In this document: piece after piece, positions 54,835 to 63,977 of the stretch
How positions within the stretch are numbered: the stretch's first letter is position 1
Layout of the letters: every line of letters begins with the position of its first letter
Translations under genes and position numbers: made by a program
NCBI GenBank assembly: GCA_012690745.1
Contig: GCA_012690745.1_4086.2
Reading direction: 5' to 3' (one strand)
DNA from: a phage
Length of the DNA: 64,000 bases
The notes under the pieces: generated by a model
Databases searched by the model: none
Told to the model about the DNA's origin: nothing
The model's input: the letters and a program-made list of their open reading frames with translations, nothing else

Positions 54835-54854
54835 TTTTGTGATGGGATGGGATA

Positions 54855-55022
54855 ATGCTGATGAAAGAGTTATTTGAAGATCAGTTCAATACATATGTGG
54901 ATAATATTCTTTATTCCAGCCGTGCTAGTCAACGAGGAAATCGTGCTTACAATATAGATTACCTATTAGTGGTGCTGAGTTCACAGTACACCTACGCTGT
55001 ACAGAGGACATATTATGAATAA
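54855..55022 (+). CDS. small hypothetical protein (55 aa)
   Basis: manual ORF MLMKELFEDQFNTYV. Confidence 0.35.
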   Translation: MLMKELFEDQFNTYVDNILYSSRASQRGNRAYNIDYLLVVLSSQYTYAVQRTYYE

Positions 55023-55218
55023 TTTTAGAGATGTTGCTAAGGAGAAGTTCAAGTGCAGTTTAGATTTTGGGTTAAATGATTTTCTGACATGCACAATGTA
55101 CAGGAATGATGATTATGAGCAATCCGTAATTTCGTTGCACAGATATTTCGAAATAATTTACGCAAGATATCTTAGAAGGTTAGAGGGAATAGGGGATTGG
55201 AATTATGATTACGTTTGA
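55015..55218 (+). CDS. small hypothetical protein
   Basis: ORF track. Confidence 0.45.
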   Translation: MNNFRDVAKEKFKCSLDFGLNDFLTCTMYRNDDYEQSVISLHRYFEIIYARYLRRLEGIGDWNYDYV

Positions 55219-55429
55219 AGAGCCGGAAGTGGCATATTGCTTTAGTGTGAAAGGTTTTGAATTCATGATGGATTCTATTTTGAAGGATACATATTTGGTT
55301 CAGATTGCAGTTGCAGATAATACAGATAATGCATTACAGCGAGTATTGAATATATACGAGAGGACGAGTCGAAGGCTTTGTGCAATGAAAAGGATTGAAG
55401 AAATCAAGGTTTCTAGGCTGAATAAATAG
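55205..55429 (+). CDS. small hypothetical protein
   Basis: ORF track. Confidence 0.45.
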   Translation: MITFEEPEVAYCFSVKGFEFMMDSILKDTYLVQIAVADNTDNALQRVLNIYERTSRRLCAMKRIEEIKVSRLNK

Positions 55430-55625
55430 AGACGTTTCATTTTGACAGGCCGCAGGGGGGTCAAAAAAATTTCCGCTGAAAAACATGCTAAGGTATATGT
55501 TTAATATAAAGTTTTATATTGTGTTTTTCAGAGTACAGTTCATGTTTCCTGAAACAAAAAATACCCCGCCGCCGAACGTTCTCCTTATATTGGAGTTTAC
55601 CTTATTAATTATAGTAGAGATTAAG

Positions 55626-56003
55626 ATGGAAATAAAATATAATGAATTTTGTGCAAGGACATGGATGTACACTGGTGAGTTAGTTACGCACTCTAACTTA
55701 TACAAGGGTGATTTAAACTACGCTAGGGACAAGATTTTAAAGTACTGGAATGCTGACTTTTATTTGATGGATTTTAGTACTGGGTTTAGGGGTAAAGCAA
55801 CCGAGATGTTGGACTATACAGTACTTGATGATGCTACACTGTTTCAGGCGGCATTAGTATTTGATAAGAAGTACATCTGTACATTAGAAGAGATGATTGA
55901 ATTACAGCGTAGAATTAAATGTATTCACAGGGAATGTATAGATATCTGGTGCAGTACTGGTGAAGATGATTTTTGTAATCATTTCAATCTAGGGGAAGTG
56001 TGA
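55626..56003 (+). CDS. array-4 family protein (subfamily with 56532 and 56885)
   Basis: ORF track 55485..56003 trimmed to MEIKYNEF; DATLFQAALVFDKKYICTLEEMIELQ. Confidence 0.6.
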   Translation: MEIKYNEFCARTWMYTGELVTHSNLYKGDLNYARDKILKYWNADFYLMDFSTGFRGKATEMLDYTVLDDATLFQAALVFDKKYICTLEEMIELQRRIKCIHRECIDIWCSTGEDDFCNHFNLGEV

Positions 56004-56004
56004 T

Positions 56005-56166
56005 GGAATTTGATTTTTTAATATCAGTACATTCTTTTAAGCACAGTTATCAGTACTTTTGTAATTTAAACAAAGGTGATTTGATTATGGATACAGATAC
56101 AGAGGCTGTATACAGTTCTAATATTCTGTACAAATTCAGTACTAATCTGAAGGAGATTTTATGAAA
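56005..56166 (+). pseudogene. truncated duplicate of the 5' end of gene 56532..56888
   Basis: about 90 nt near-identical to 56532-56620 (MEFDFLISVH.FKHSYQYFCNLNKGDL), then diverges and stops. Confidence 0.4.
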
Positions 56167-56532
56167 AAAGAAATTAGAATTCAATTCGGTATGAGGAAAA
56201 AAGAGGTCATCTGTACACTGAATCATGCGGTCGTGGAAAGCCTTGGTGGTGCATTACAAAAATTCTCCCATTTTGTTCTTGTACTATATGAAAATGGGTC
56301 TTTTAAAATCTTCACATATGATGATTCAAAAAATTACCGTAATGATTTTGTAAATCTGACAGTACTGTCAGAAGAGGAATTCTTTCAGGAAAGTACTGTC
56401 TGGAATTTACCAGGAGCACCAATTGAATACGTCCGTGCTACACAGGCAGAAATGATCAAAGTAATGCAGAACTATCCAGAAGATTATATGACTAAGTTTC
56501 CTGAATCTATTTATGTAGAGGTTGAGTACTGA
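56161..56532 (+). CDS. array-4 family protein
   Basis: EEEFFQESTVWN. Confidence 0.6.
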   Translation: MKKEIRIQFGMRKKEVICTLNHAVVESLGGALQKFSHFVLVLYENGSFKIFTYDDSKNYRNDFVNLTVLSEEEFFQESTVWNLPGAPIEYVRATQAEMIKVMQNYPEDYMTKFPESIYVEVEY

Positions 56533-56888
56533 TGGAATTTGATTTTTTAATATCAGTACATACTTTCAAGCACAGTTATCAGTACTTTTGTAATTTAAAC
56601 AAAGGTGATTTAATGCACAGTGCAAATGAGTATATTCATTACACTCAGGGTAAATTTACATTCATTGATTACAGTTCATTACAGTATCCACACCAAGATA
56701 TGCCGGACTATACATTAATGGATACCGCAGAACTATTCCAAGAATCATTAGTATTTGATAAGAAGTACTTGTGTACATTTGAAGAAGTTATTGCAATACA
56801 AAATGAAATGAAAGAGTATGCTGCTTTGCATAAACCCAATGCAAGTATTAATCAAGAATACAAATTCAATTTAGGAATTCAAGAATGA
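56532..56888 (+). CDS. array-4 family protein
   Basis: TAELFQESLVFDKKYLCTFEEVIAIQ. Confidence 0.6.
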   Translation: MEFDFLISVHTFKHSYQYFCNLNKGDLMHSANEYIHYTQGKFTFIDYSSLQYPHQDMPDYTLMDTAELFQESLVFDKKYLCTFEEVIAIQNEMKEYAALHKPNASINQEYKFNLGIQE

Positions 56889-57244
56889 CATATGATTATT
56901 CTATGTACTATTATAAGTTACCTAAAGGATGGGACTTGTGCTGTAATCTTATTAAGGGCGACTCGGAACATGAGTTGAGTTTATATATGCATTACAAAGA
57001 TTCTTGTTTTAAATTTATTCATGTATCACATGACGACTATGACTATGAATCTGAGAGTCTTATAGATTATACAGTACTGGACGATGGTGAACTATTTCAG
57101 GCTGCATTAGTGTTTGATAAGAATAAGTACTCCTGTACATTTGAAGAAATGGTTTCTTTGCAAAATGAAATGAAGAGATTTGAAAAAGAAAACGTATTTA
57201 ATCCATCCCCATCAAGAACGAATAATTATTATTTCAATATATGA
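56885..57244 (+). CDS. array-4 family protein
   Basis: DGELFQAALVFDKNKYSCTFEEMVSLQ. Confidence 0.6.
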   Translation: MTYDYSMYYYKLPKGWDLCCNLIKGDSEHELSLYMHYKDSCFKFIHVSHDDYDYESESLIDYTVLDDGELFQAALVFDKNKYSCTFEEMVSLQNEMKRFEKENVFNPSPSRTNNYYFNI

Positions 57245-57253
57245 GATTATAAA

Positions 57254-57745
57254 ATGACATTACAGAGTTCATTGGAAAAAGCAAAGAAGATTCATGAGTA
57301 CATGAATATGGCAAAAGAAGGTTCAGTTTACGGTGTTTTCAAAGACACAAGTACTCAATATTATGTACCGGATAACCTCCTTTATAATGACTGCTCAGAT
57401 ACAGAAACGTGCGTACTGGATACAGAAACGTGCATACTAGATACCGACCCTAATGATTATGAATGCTTCATTAATATGCATAATGAGTACATGGTCTATA
57501 TTAATGATACAGATACCATCAACAGTACTGACAGCGATTCCAATGACATTATAATTCCGAGTGAAGTACTGGAAGGTCCGTGGGATAGTGAAGAGTATTA
57601 CTTCCAACAAAGTACTGTATATGATAATGAAGTACTTGATGTTATTATAATTATGTGGTACTTTAAAAGTATTGGTTCTGGGAACTTCTATTTCGATTAC
57701 AAATACGTAAAGAAAACTGTAGATAACGGTATTAACAGGGGTTGA
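57254..57745 (+). CDS. array-4 family protein (MSLQSALEKAKK subfamily)
   Basis: GPWDSEEYYFQQSTVYD. Confidence 0.65.
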   Translation: MTLQSSLEKAKKIHEYMNMAKEGSVYGVFKDTSTQYYVPDNLLYNDCSDTETCVLDTETCILDTDPNDYECFINMHNEYMVYINDTDTINSTDSDSNDIIIPSEVLEGPWDSEEYYFQQSTVYDNEVLDVIIIMWYFKSIGSGNFYFDYKYVKKTVDNGINRG

Positions 57746-57746
57746 A

Positions 57747-58217
57747 ATGAGTTTAGAAAGAGCATTAGAGATTGCGAAGTTAATTGATTTATGCAGCAAA
57801 GAAATTGTAGCAAATTGTCTTAATGGATATCTATTCAAGGAAGGTAAATCATATTGTCGAATGAGATACGATGACAGTAGTGAGTACATTCACATGTATG
57901 AAGAAAACTTAGATTCTTCTGAAACAACACTCAATGGGTGTGATGTTAATTTGGAAGATAATTACATGTACTTCTGTCGTGATGCTGATATTTTAATACA
58001 AGATTCTGACATTATATCTGGTGCAGCAGAGAAACATCTTCCGTATTCAGTACTGGATAATGACTGGGGAAGTGAAGAGTACTACTTCCAGCAGAATACT
58101 ATCTACGAGGAAGATGTACTTGACAAGCTTGTCATTCTGTGGTACTTTAATAATACAGATTGTCCTAGCTTCTATTTGGACTTGGATCTACTACGAGTTA
58201 TTAAAGAGGATATATGA
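57747..58217 (+). CDS. array-4 family protein (same subfamily)
   Basis: DWGSEEYYFQQNTIYEED. Confidence 0.65.
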   Translation: MSLERALEIAKLIDLCSKEIVANCLNGYLFKEGKSYCRMRYDDSSEYIHMYEENLDSSETTLNGCDVNLEDNYMYFCRDADILIQDSDIISGAAEKHLPYSVLDNDWGSEEYYFQQNTIYEEDVLDKLVILWYFNNTDCPSFYLDLDLLRVIKEDI

Positions 58218-58657
58218 GTTTAGCAAGTGCACTTGAACTAGCACACAGAATACATCACTTCCACGATAACATAAAAAGTGGGTTCTATGGTGATAAAGTA
58301 AGTGCATTTGGTGATGAGTATTATCTATCAGGTATAAAGACATACTCTGATGATATTTTACTTATGGGACAGGATAAAGACAATACTATACAGTACTCTT
58401 CATGTAGTCAATATACTAATTTTTTTGTATATATTCCAGGTACTAAGATTACTTTTGACACAACAAATACACCTGTTGACTTCGGGGTACTTGATGGCCC
58501 GTGGGGTACTGAAGAGTATTACTTCCAACAGAGTCTCATTTTTAACCAAGAAATTCTTGATTCCTTGGTTGTGTTGTGGTACTTTAAGGAATTGAATTTT
58601 GAACCATTCTTTCTTGACTGGGGAGCATGTGAATATTTAAGTACAGGGGATTTGTAA
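58214..58657 (+). CDS. array-4 family protein (same subfamily)
   Basis: GPWGTEEYYFQQSLIFNQ. Confidence 0.65.
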   Translation: MSLASALELAHRIHHFHDNIKSGFYGDKVSAFGDEYYLSGIKTYSDDILLMGQDKDNTIQYSSCSQYTNFFVYIPGTKITFDTTNTPVDFGVLDGPWGTEEYYFQQSLIFNQEILDSLVVLWYFKELNFEPFFLDWGACEYLSTGDL

Positions 58658-59145
58658 TGTCATTACAAAGTGCATTGAAAGAAGCAAAGAAGATTCATGA
58701 GTACATGATTATGGTACAGGAAGGTTCAGTACCAGGTGTATATAAAACATCTGATACTGAATTTTTTGTAAAAGACCGTGACGATTATGACGAGTCCGAG
58801 ATATGTGCAGAAACATTAGTACTGCACACTGATACTGGTGACAGTGATAACTGTGAATATCATATGTACAATCAGTACATTAGTTATTGCCGTAATGAAG
58901 ATATTACCATCTACAACACAGATAGTGATGCTGATGACACTATCATTCCTTATTCAGTACTGGAAGGACCGTGGGATAGTGAAGAATATTACTTCCAGAA
59001 TAGTACGTTGTACAATGAAGAAGAATTAGATGTTATTGTAATTATGTGGTATTTCAAAAGTATTGACTCCAGTAGTTTCTATTTTGATTATGAATATGTA
59101 GAGAATACTGTAGGAGAAGGTAATGTCATTACAAAGTGCTCTTGA
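58657..59145 (+). CDS. array-4 family protein (same subfamily)
   Basis: GPWDSEEYYFQNSTLYNEE. Confidence 0.65.
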   Translation: MSLQSALKEAKKIHEYMIMVQEGSVPGVYKTSDTEFFVKDRDDYDESEICAETLVLHTDTGDSDNCEYHMYNQYISYCRNEDITIYNTDSDADDTIIPYSVLEGPWDSEEYYFQNSTLYNEEELDVIVIMWYFKSIDSSSFYFDYEYVENTVGEGNVITKCS

Positions 59146-59575
59146 AAAAGCAAAAGAACTACATGGATACTTTGAAGATATAAAGGCAGGAAAGTTCAAA
59201 GAAGTGTACAAAGCCGAGAACGGCAACTACTACAAGGATGAAATGTATAATAACTCCGTTGGTGTAAGGGTTATTCTTGGGTTGAATTCCAATAGTCCTA
59301 TATCGTTTTCTGAATACAATAGAGATGCAGAATTTATTAGTTATGTTGAAAATGGTAGCATTCGTTTTATTAATCGCAAAAAACCATTAATTTTGAATTA
59401 TGAAGTACTGGAAGGTCCGTGGGATAGTGAAGAGTATTACTTCCAAAACAGTACTGTTTACGATGATGAAGTACTTGAAGCATTAGTTATTATGTGGTAC
59501 TTAAAGAGTGTTAACTGTCCTCGATTTTATTTGGATTTCGAAGAACTTCGTAAAGATCCAGAAGGTATAGAATGA
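59123..59575 (+). CDS. array-4 family protein (same subfamily)
   Basis: GPWDSEEYYFQNSTVYDDE. Confidence 0.65.
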   Translation: MSLQSALEKAKELHGYFEDIKAGKFKEVYKAENGNYYKDEMYNNSVGVRVILGLNSNSPISFSEYNRDAEFISYVENGSIRFINRKKPLILNYEVLEGPWDSEEYYFQNSTVYDDEVLEALVIMWYLKSVNCPRFYLDFEELRKDPEGIE

Positions 59576-59886
59576 AAAACTTATTCAGTGTTCAGTACGT
59601 CCCTGGTGAAATTAGTTTATTGTATCTGTTTGATCATGATAATTCATTATTACTAGTAGTAAAGAAATGCCAAGCTAGTTCGTTTGTTGAATACATTCAC
59701 GATAGTGAATATATACCTGATTTTTTAGAGTGTGATTATTACGATGAACATGAATCATTTATTTTCCAGGAATCTCTCGTATGGGATAAATCGATCAACT
59801 TCTTTACGTTAATTGAATTACAAAAGCAGGTGAAGTATCATTGGGATTATTTAATCACACAGGATTACATTGAGATAGAAATATAA
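59572..59886 (+). CDS. array-4 family protein
   Basis: ESFIFQESLVWD. Confidence 0.6.
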   Translation: MKNLFSVQYVPGEISLLYLFDHDNSLLLVVKKCQASSFVEYIHDSEYIPDFLECDYYDEHESFIFQESLVWDKSINFFTLIELQKQVKYHWDYLITQDYIEIEI

Positions 59887-60194
59887 TGACTAAAAATGAA
59901 TTTGATTCACTTTGTACGGTTTATAATTCATTGACAGAAATACCTGACTTTATTAATTACATTTCAGCTTTAAATCAAATTATGCATAGTTTTGAACAAT
60001 CGTTTGAAGAGAAATATGCTGGTAGAAAAGTTCTATGTCATATGTCAATGTACTTAGGAGATGGTGAGCCTTACACTACAAGTACTACATGTGAAATAAA
60101 AAAATATAATATATTATTGGGGACAATAGAATTCACAGTATCCAATGGTGGTAGTTATATGTACTTTAGAGATGGAGTGGTTGAATTATTATGA
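59886..60194 (+). CDS. hypothetical protein
   Basis: ORF track; family motif not evident. Confidence 0.5.
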   Translation: MTKNEFDSLCTVYNSLTEIPDFINYISALNQIMHSFEQSFEEKYAGRKVLCHMSMYLGDGEPYTTSTTCEIKKYNILLGTIEFTVSNGGSYMYFRDGVVELL

Positions 60195-60640
60195 GTTACG
60201 AAAGTGCAATCAAGAAAGCAAATGATATTCTACGCGTCGTTAAATTCTTCAAAGAAAATCCTGAATACTTAGCTGATGAAAACCATGATCACGATGAGAG
60301 ATTGAGACGAAAAATTGTCGCTTTATTTGACACTAATGCGGATAATTATAGTCTAATTGAGTTAGCATACGATTATATTTCATTGAACCGAAACGGCAAT
60401 ATAGTTAATATAGAAAGACATGCAACTGAAGAATCTTTTAAAATTTCAGATATTTTATCCCTGAGTACTGAAGAAGGGTACTTCCAGGGTAGTACTGTTT
60501 ATGAACAAGGAACACTTGACAATCTATGCACATTCAGTGTAATATATCAGAAATCTGTACTAGATGTATTTTATCTTGACACTGCTGAACTGGATACACT
60601 AACCAATTTTGTTACTACTGAAGAGGCTACATTCGAGTGA
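60191..60640 (+). CDS. array-4 family protein
   Basis: EEGYFQGSTVYEQ. Confidence 0.6.
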   Translation: MSYESAIKKANDILRVVKFFKENPEYLADENHDHDERLRRKIVALFDTNADNYSLIELAYDYISLNRNGNIVNIERHATEESFKISDILSLSTEEGYFQGSTVYEQGTLDNLCTFSVIYQKSVLDVFYLDTAELDTLTNFVTTEEATFE

Positions 60641-61173
60641 TGAAAGTTAACATCAATGACTTTGATGCATTACAAGATTTATCAAAAAAGATTCGCACCA
60701 TTGTACCAGTACTCAAAAAATGCAGTACTGGTTTAATCGATCCTAGTACTGTTGTTAATGAGAAGTACAATTTTCATTATGTATTACAGGGTACTGGGGC
60801 ATTCCAGAAGTGTGAGGTGCGTGAGACACACGTAATTGATACATCATTGTTTTCTATTGGTGCACCTGTGTCGAATAATACTATTTTCCTAGACAACGCT
60901 GGAAATATTCAACAATTAACATTTAAGAAAAGGAAAAAGAACAATAACATTGGTGTGTATGCGATGAAGTGGGGTCAACCTGATTTGAAGCGTGAAATTC
61001 ACATCCCTAAGTACAATTACAATGCATTTGACGAACAGTGTTTTCAACTATCGTGTACTGACCCTGACTATGCTATCATTCAGTTCTATATGGAATTGCA
61101 GATAGCATTTAACAGTAATTTGTATATTAACTTATTGGCGATTAACATTGATGAAGTATTCAAAAACATTTAA
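60637..61173 (+). CDS. array-4 family protein (divergent)
   Basis: DEQCFQLSCTDPD. Confidence 0.55.
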   Translation: MMKVNINDFDALQDLSKKIRTIVPVLKKCSTGLIDPSTVVNEKYNFHYVLQGTGAFQKCEVRETHVIDTSLFSIGAPVSNNTIFLDNAGNIQQLTFKKRKKNNNIGVYAMKWGQPDLKREIHIPKYNYNAFDEQCFQLSCTDPDYAIIQFYMELQIAFNSNLYINLLAINIDEVFKNI

Positions 61174-61186
61174 TCGAATTGAATAC

Positions 61187-61369
61187 ATGAGAACTGTGAG
61201 TGCAGTGTGGGACATATGGTTCACTACTAAACCAAAAATGGATTACCATGACTTTAAGCTCTTGTTCTTCGTTGGCTCTAACAAACAGGATGTTGCAATG
61301 AAGGGTTATATTCAGCACTTACAGGAACTAATCCAGAAGAGAATATATGAAAATAATAGACCAAAATGA
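61187..61369 (+). CDS. small protein, array-3-like (VGSNKQD) inside array 4
   Basis: ORF track 61148..61369 trimmed to MRTVSAVWD. Confidence 0.45.
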   Translation: MRTVSAVWDIWFTTKPKMDYHDFKLLFFVGSNKQDVAMKGYIQHLQELIQKRIYENNRPK

Positions 61370-61538
61370 CATTGCTAAACTATTCAATATATATTCTACT
61401 AGAATGATGCAAACAGACTCATATAGTACTGAATTCAAAGAGTTGAAAGTCCTGATGTACTTGGGAACCCAATATCAGGAACAAGTTATTTTGGAATATA
61501 TTAATTCGCTGAAGAAGGATATCCGTTATGTACGATGA
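61347..61538 (+). CDS. small protein, array-3-like (LGTQYQEQ) inside array 4
   Basis: ORF track. Confidence 0.55.
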   Translation: MKIIDQNDIAKLFNIYSTRMMQTDSYSTEFKELKVLMYLGTQYQEQVILEYINSLKKDIRYVR

Positions 61539-62088
61539 TTTAGATATTGCGTTTGAACGTATGGTAATTTTAATGCAATGTGCAGAAATGCATGAAACAA
61601 TCCGTCGCACCAAAGGGATTGAATATACAAGTAAACTATTCTCATACGAAAGTCGTCGAGGGATGGATCATTTTTACTGCACTGATTGTTCAAAGTTTTC
61701 AGTACTGAAATATTATCATCCTACTGTTTCCAATAATAGTTTAATATCCACATATGACGGTGATCTGTTTAGTGTAATGTATGACACATTACATCCATCA
61801 ATTTCAATCTATAAAGATTGCGATAGTAGTTTATCGTATATAATTGAAGATTACTTATCTCCTAATACTGAAGAGAATATTTTTCAGAACAGTGTGTTGC
61901 ATGATGAATTAAGTATAAAATGCATCTATATGTTCAATAAGTTAAAAGAGTACGCCGATAATAATTACTTAATTGATAAGTTAGCAGTATTGTCTGTTTC
62001 CGTTTTTAATACAAATGACATTGATATGAAATACTATAATGAGATTTGTAAAGTACATCATATGTATAAGGAACTATTATGTCAATAA
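61528..62088 (+). CDS. array-4 family protein
   Basis: EENIFQNSVLHDE. Confidence 0.6.
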   Translation: MYDDLDIAFERMVILMQCAEMHETIRRTKGIEYTSKLFSYESRRGMDHFYCTDCSKFSVLKYYHPTVSNNSLISTYDGDLFSVMYDTLHPSISIYKDCDSSLSYIIEDYLSPNTEENIFQNSVLHDELSIKCIYMFNKLKEYADNNYLIDKLAVLSVSVFNTNDIDMKYYNEICKVHHMYKELLCQ

Positions 62089-62681
62089 ATGCAAATAAAT
62101 GTTGTAGTGCAGATGTGCATTTGTTTTTTAAGAAATTAGCAAATGATATTATATATATGCAGGAAATGATTTATCACAAACGAGCGGATTTAGAAAAAGC
62201 ATTAGTACAGTTCTCATTTATGCTTGATGGTGATATATTTCTAGAGAGTGATGCATTGCGAATAGTATTAGACAAAAATGCTAAAAGATTTTTATTTCAT
62301 ATAGATAATAAATTATGTTCCTCCGTATGTCGTACTTTTTATAATCGTGATTCGGACTTATATCAATTCCTTTATTCTAAAGGTGCAGTAGAAGCATCAT
62401 ATGGTGATGGTTATGCCCTAGGAAAGAGTATTCCATTTATGAAATCATTTAAAATAGAACACATCAGTACTGATGAAGATGCAATGTTCACAAATGATAT
62501 AACTATGGGACGTGAAGATGCAATGCGATATATTACAAATTCTATGCATACATTCTTTCAACGAACAGAATTTGATAATGTATATATATCAAATGTAAAT
62601 ATTTTCAATGACCTGTGTCAGTACTTGAGAAGTGTTTGTGATTTTGATGAAAGCTATTGTAAGCTTTATACTGAGGTATAA
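62079..62681 (+). CDS. array-4 family protein (divergent)
   Basis: ORF track; FFQRTEFDN variant. Confidence 0.5.
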   Translation: MSINANKCCSADVHLFFKKLANDIIYMQEMIYHKRADLEKALVQFSFMLDGDIFLESDALRIVLDKNAKRFLFHIDNKLCSSVCRTFYNRDSDLYQFLYSKGAVEASYGDGYALGKSIPFMKSFKIEHISTDEDAMFTNDITMGREDAMRYITNSMHTFFQRTEFDNVYISNVNIFNDLCQYLRSVCDFDESYCKLYTEV

Positions 62682-62686
62682 AACAA

Positions 62687-63049
62687 ATGAACACATTAAG
62701 TATTACATACTATACAACTAAAAAATTAGTTACTTGTTTAATATCATTGAAGACAAACCATGATGATATGTTTGATATGGCTGCATATGAATTAGAATTA
62801 TCAGAAGATGGCTTCAAGAGCTATGAAGTATATAGCTATGTTCGTGAAGATGTAATTGACACTACACTAATGCAAGAGGATGAGTTATTCCAAGAAAGTT
62901 TAGTATGGGATAATAAGTACGATTGTAACTTTGATTTCTTATGTTTAATCCAGAAAGAAATGAAAAGAATCTTTGATAATTATCCAGTGAAGAGATTGAG
63001 TACTGGACCGGAGCAGTACAGGAGAATTTTATTCCGTTATGAAGACTGA
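62687..63049 (+). CDS. array-4 family protein
   Basis: DELFQESLVWDN. Confidence 0.6.
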   Translation: MNTLSITYYTTKKLVTCLISLKTNHDDMFDMAAYELELSEDGFKSYEVYSYVREDVIDTTLMQEDELFQESLVWDNKYDCNFDFLCLIQKEMKRIFDNYPVKRLSTGPEQYRRILFRYED

Positions 63050-63374
63050 ATTAGTGAAAGTAATGTACGCTACTCATATTAAACTACTACTTGTGAAATT
63101 TGATTATAATAAAAAACATAATGATTTCTATACTTTAATTCGTGATGAAAATACATTCTCCTTGCGATGCAACAATATACCGTTGAAGATAAATGATTTT
63201 ACTTCACTTGACGAGGGTGAATTATTTCAAGAATCATTAGTTTTTAATAGTAATATAAAAATTGATATAGAAGTTATTAAAAAATACCAGATTTTATTGA
63301 ACAAAATTATGAATTGTTATCCATGTGAAATAGGAGGTCATATGCAGTTCAAATCAAAAATGTATGAATTATGA
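63039..63374 (+). CDS. array-4 family protein
   Basis: GELFQESLVFNSN. Confidence 0.6.
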   Translation: MKTELVKVMYATHIKLLLVKFDYNKKHNDFYTLIRDENTFSLRCNNIPLKINDFTSLDEGELFQESLVFNSNIKIDIEVIKKYQILLNKIMNCYPCEIGGHMQFKSKMYEL

Positions 63375-63918
63375 GGTTTATATGTTAGATGAAAAAATGA
63401 ACAATGGAACACAATATAATCATCTTAAGTTGGATACATTCGAATCAGCTATCAGTACTGCACAAGATATAATTGATATTATCAAGTTCATTAAAGAAAA
63501 TAAGTTCAAATGTTTGAAAATACTAAATCGTTCAATGTACCGTGATAAAAATATTCATGTATCAGTACGTAGACCGAAAGATCAAGAAAGTGGGAGAGAT
63601 TTCTATAACAACAGTGAGCAGTTCGAATGTGAATATGATCCAGAATTCAGAGGCGGTTTCATGTGTTACAGTATAAAGGATACCTCACACATTGAGATAC
63701 GTTCATCGAAAGGTGGCATACGTACATTAGAGTTCATTGATATAGTTTTAAATCAGGAATACTACTTTCAACTATCATTATTGTTTCCTGCATACGATTT
63801 AGGAGTTCTATTCATGTATAAGTACTTTCATGAGCACTGGAATGAAGACTTCTATCTGGACTTAGAAGATTACCAATTAGTTTGGAAAGAAATGGTAGAA
63901 CTTCGCAATCCCTCTTGA
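63364..63918 (+). CDS. array-4 family protein
   Basis: QEYYFQLSLLFPAYD. Confidence 0.6.
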   Translation: MNYEVYMLDEKMNNGTQYNHLKLDTFESAISTAQDIIDIIKFIKENKFKCLKILNRSMYRDKNIHVSVRRPKDQESGRDFYNNSEQFECEYDPEFRGGFMCYSIKDTSHIEIRSSKGGIRTLEFIDIVLNQEYYFQLSLLFPAYDLGVLFMYKYFHEHWNEDFYLDLEDYQLVWKEMVELRNPS

Positions 63919-63944
63919 CACCCACCGATTCTTTGTGATATAAT
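63915..63944 (+). promoter_or_regulatory. sigma70-type promoter
   Basis: TTGACA, 17-18 bp spacer, TATAAT; then CCCTTTA-N9-TAAAGGG hairpin. Confidence 0.5.
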
Positions 63945-63977
63945 CCCTTTATATTAATTGTAAAGGGTTATAACACA

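Noticed and set aside
60191-60640. EEGYFQG and related motifs resembling a TEV-protease site (ENLYFQ/G)
   Set aside because: The resemblance is to a plant-virus protease site with no relevance in a phage; the motif is better explained as a conserved structural core of the family.
15148-63918. CRISPR array
   Set aside because: The repetition is of whole protein-coding units of 180-600 bp with divergent sequences, not short identical direct repeats separated by unique spacers.
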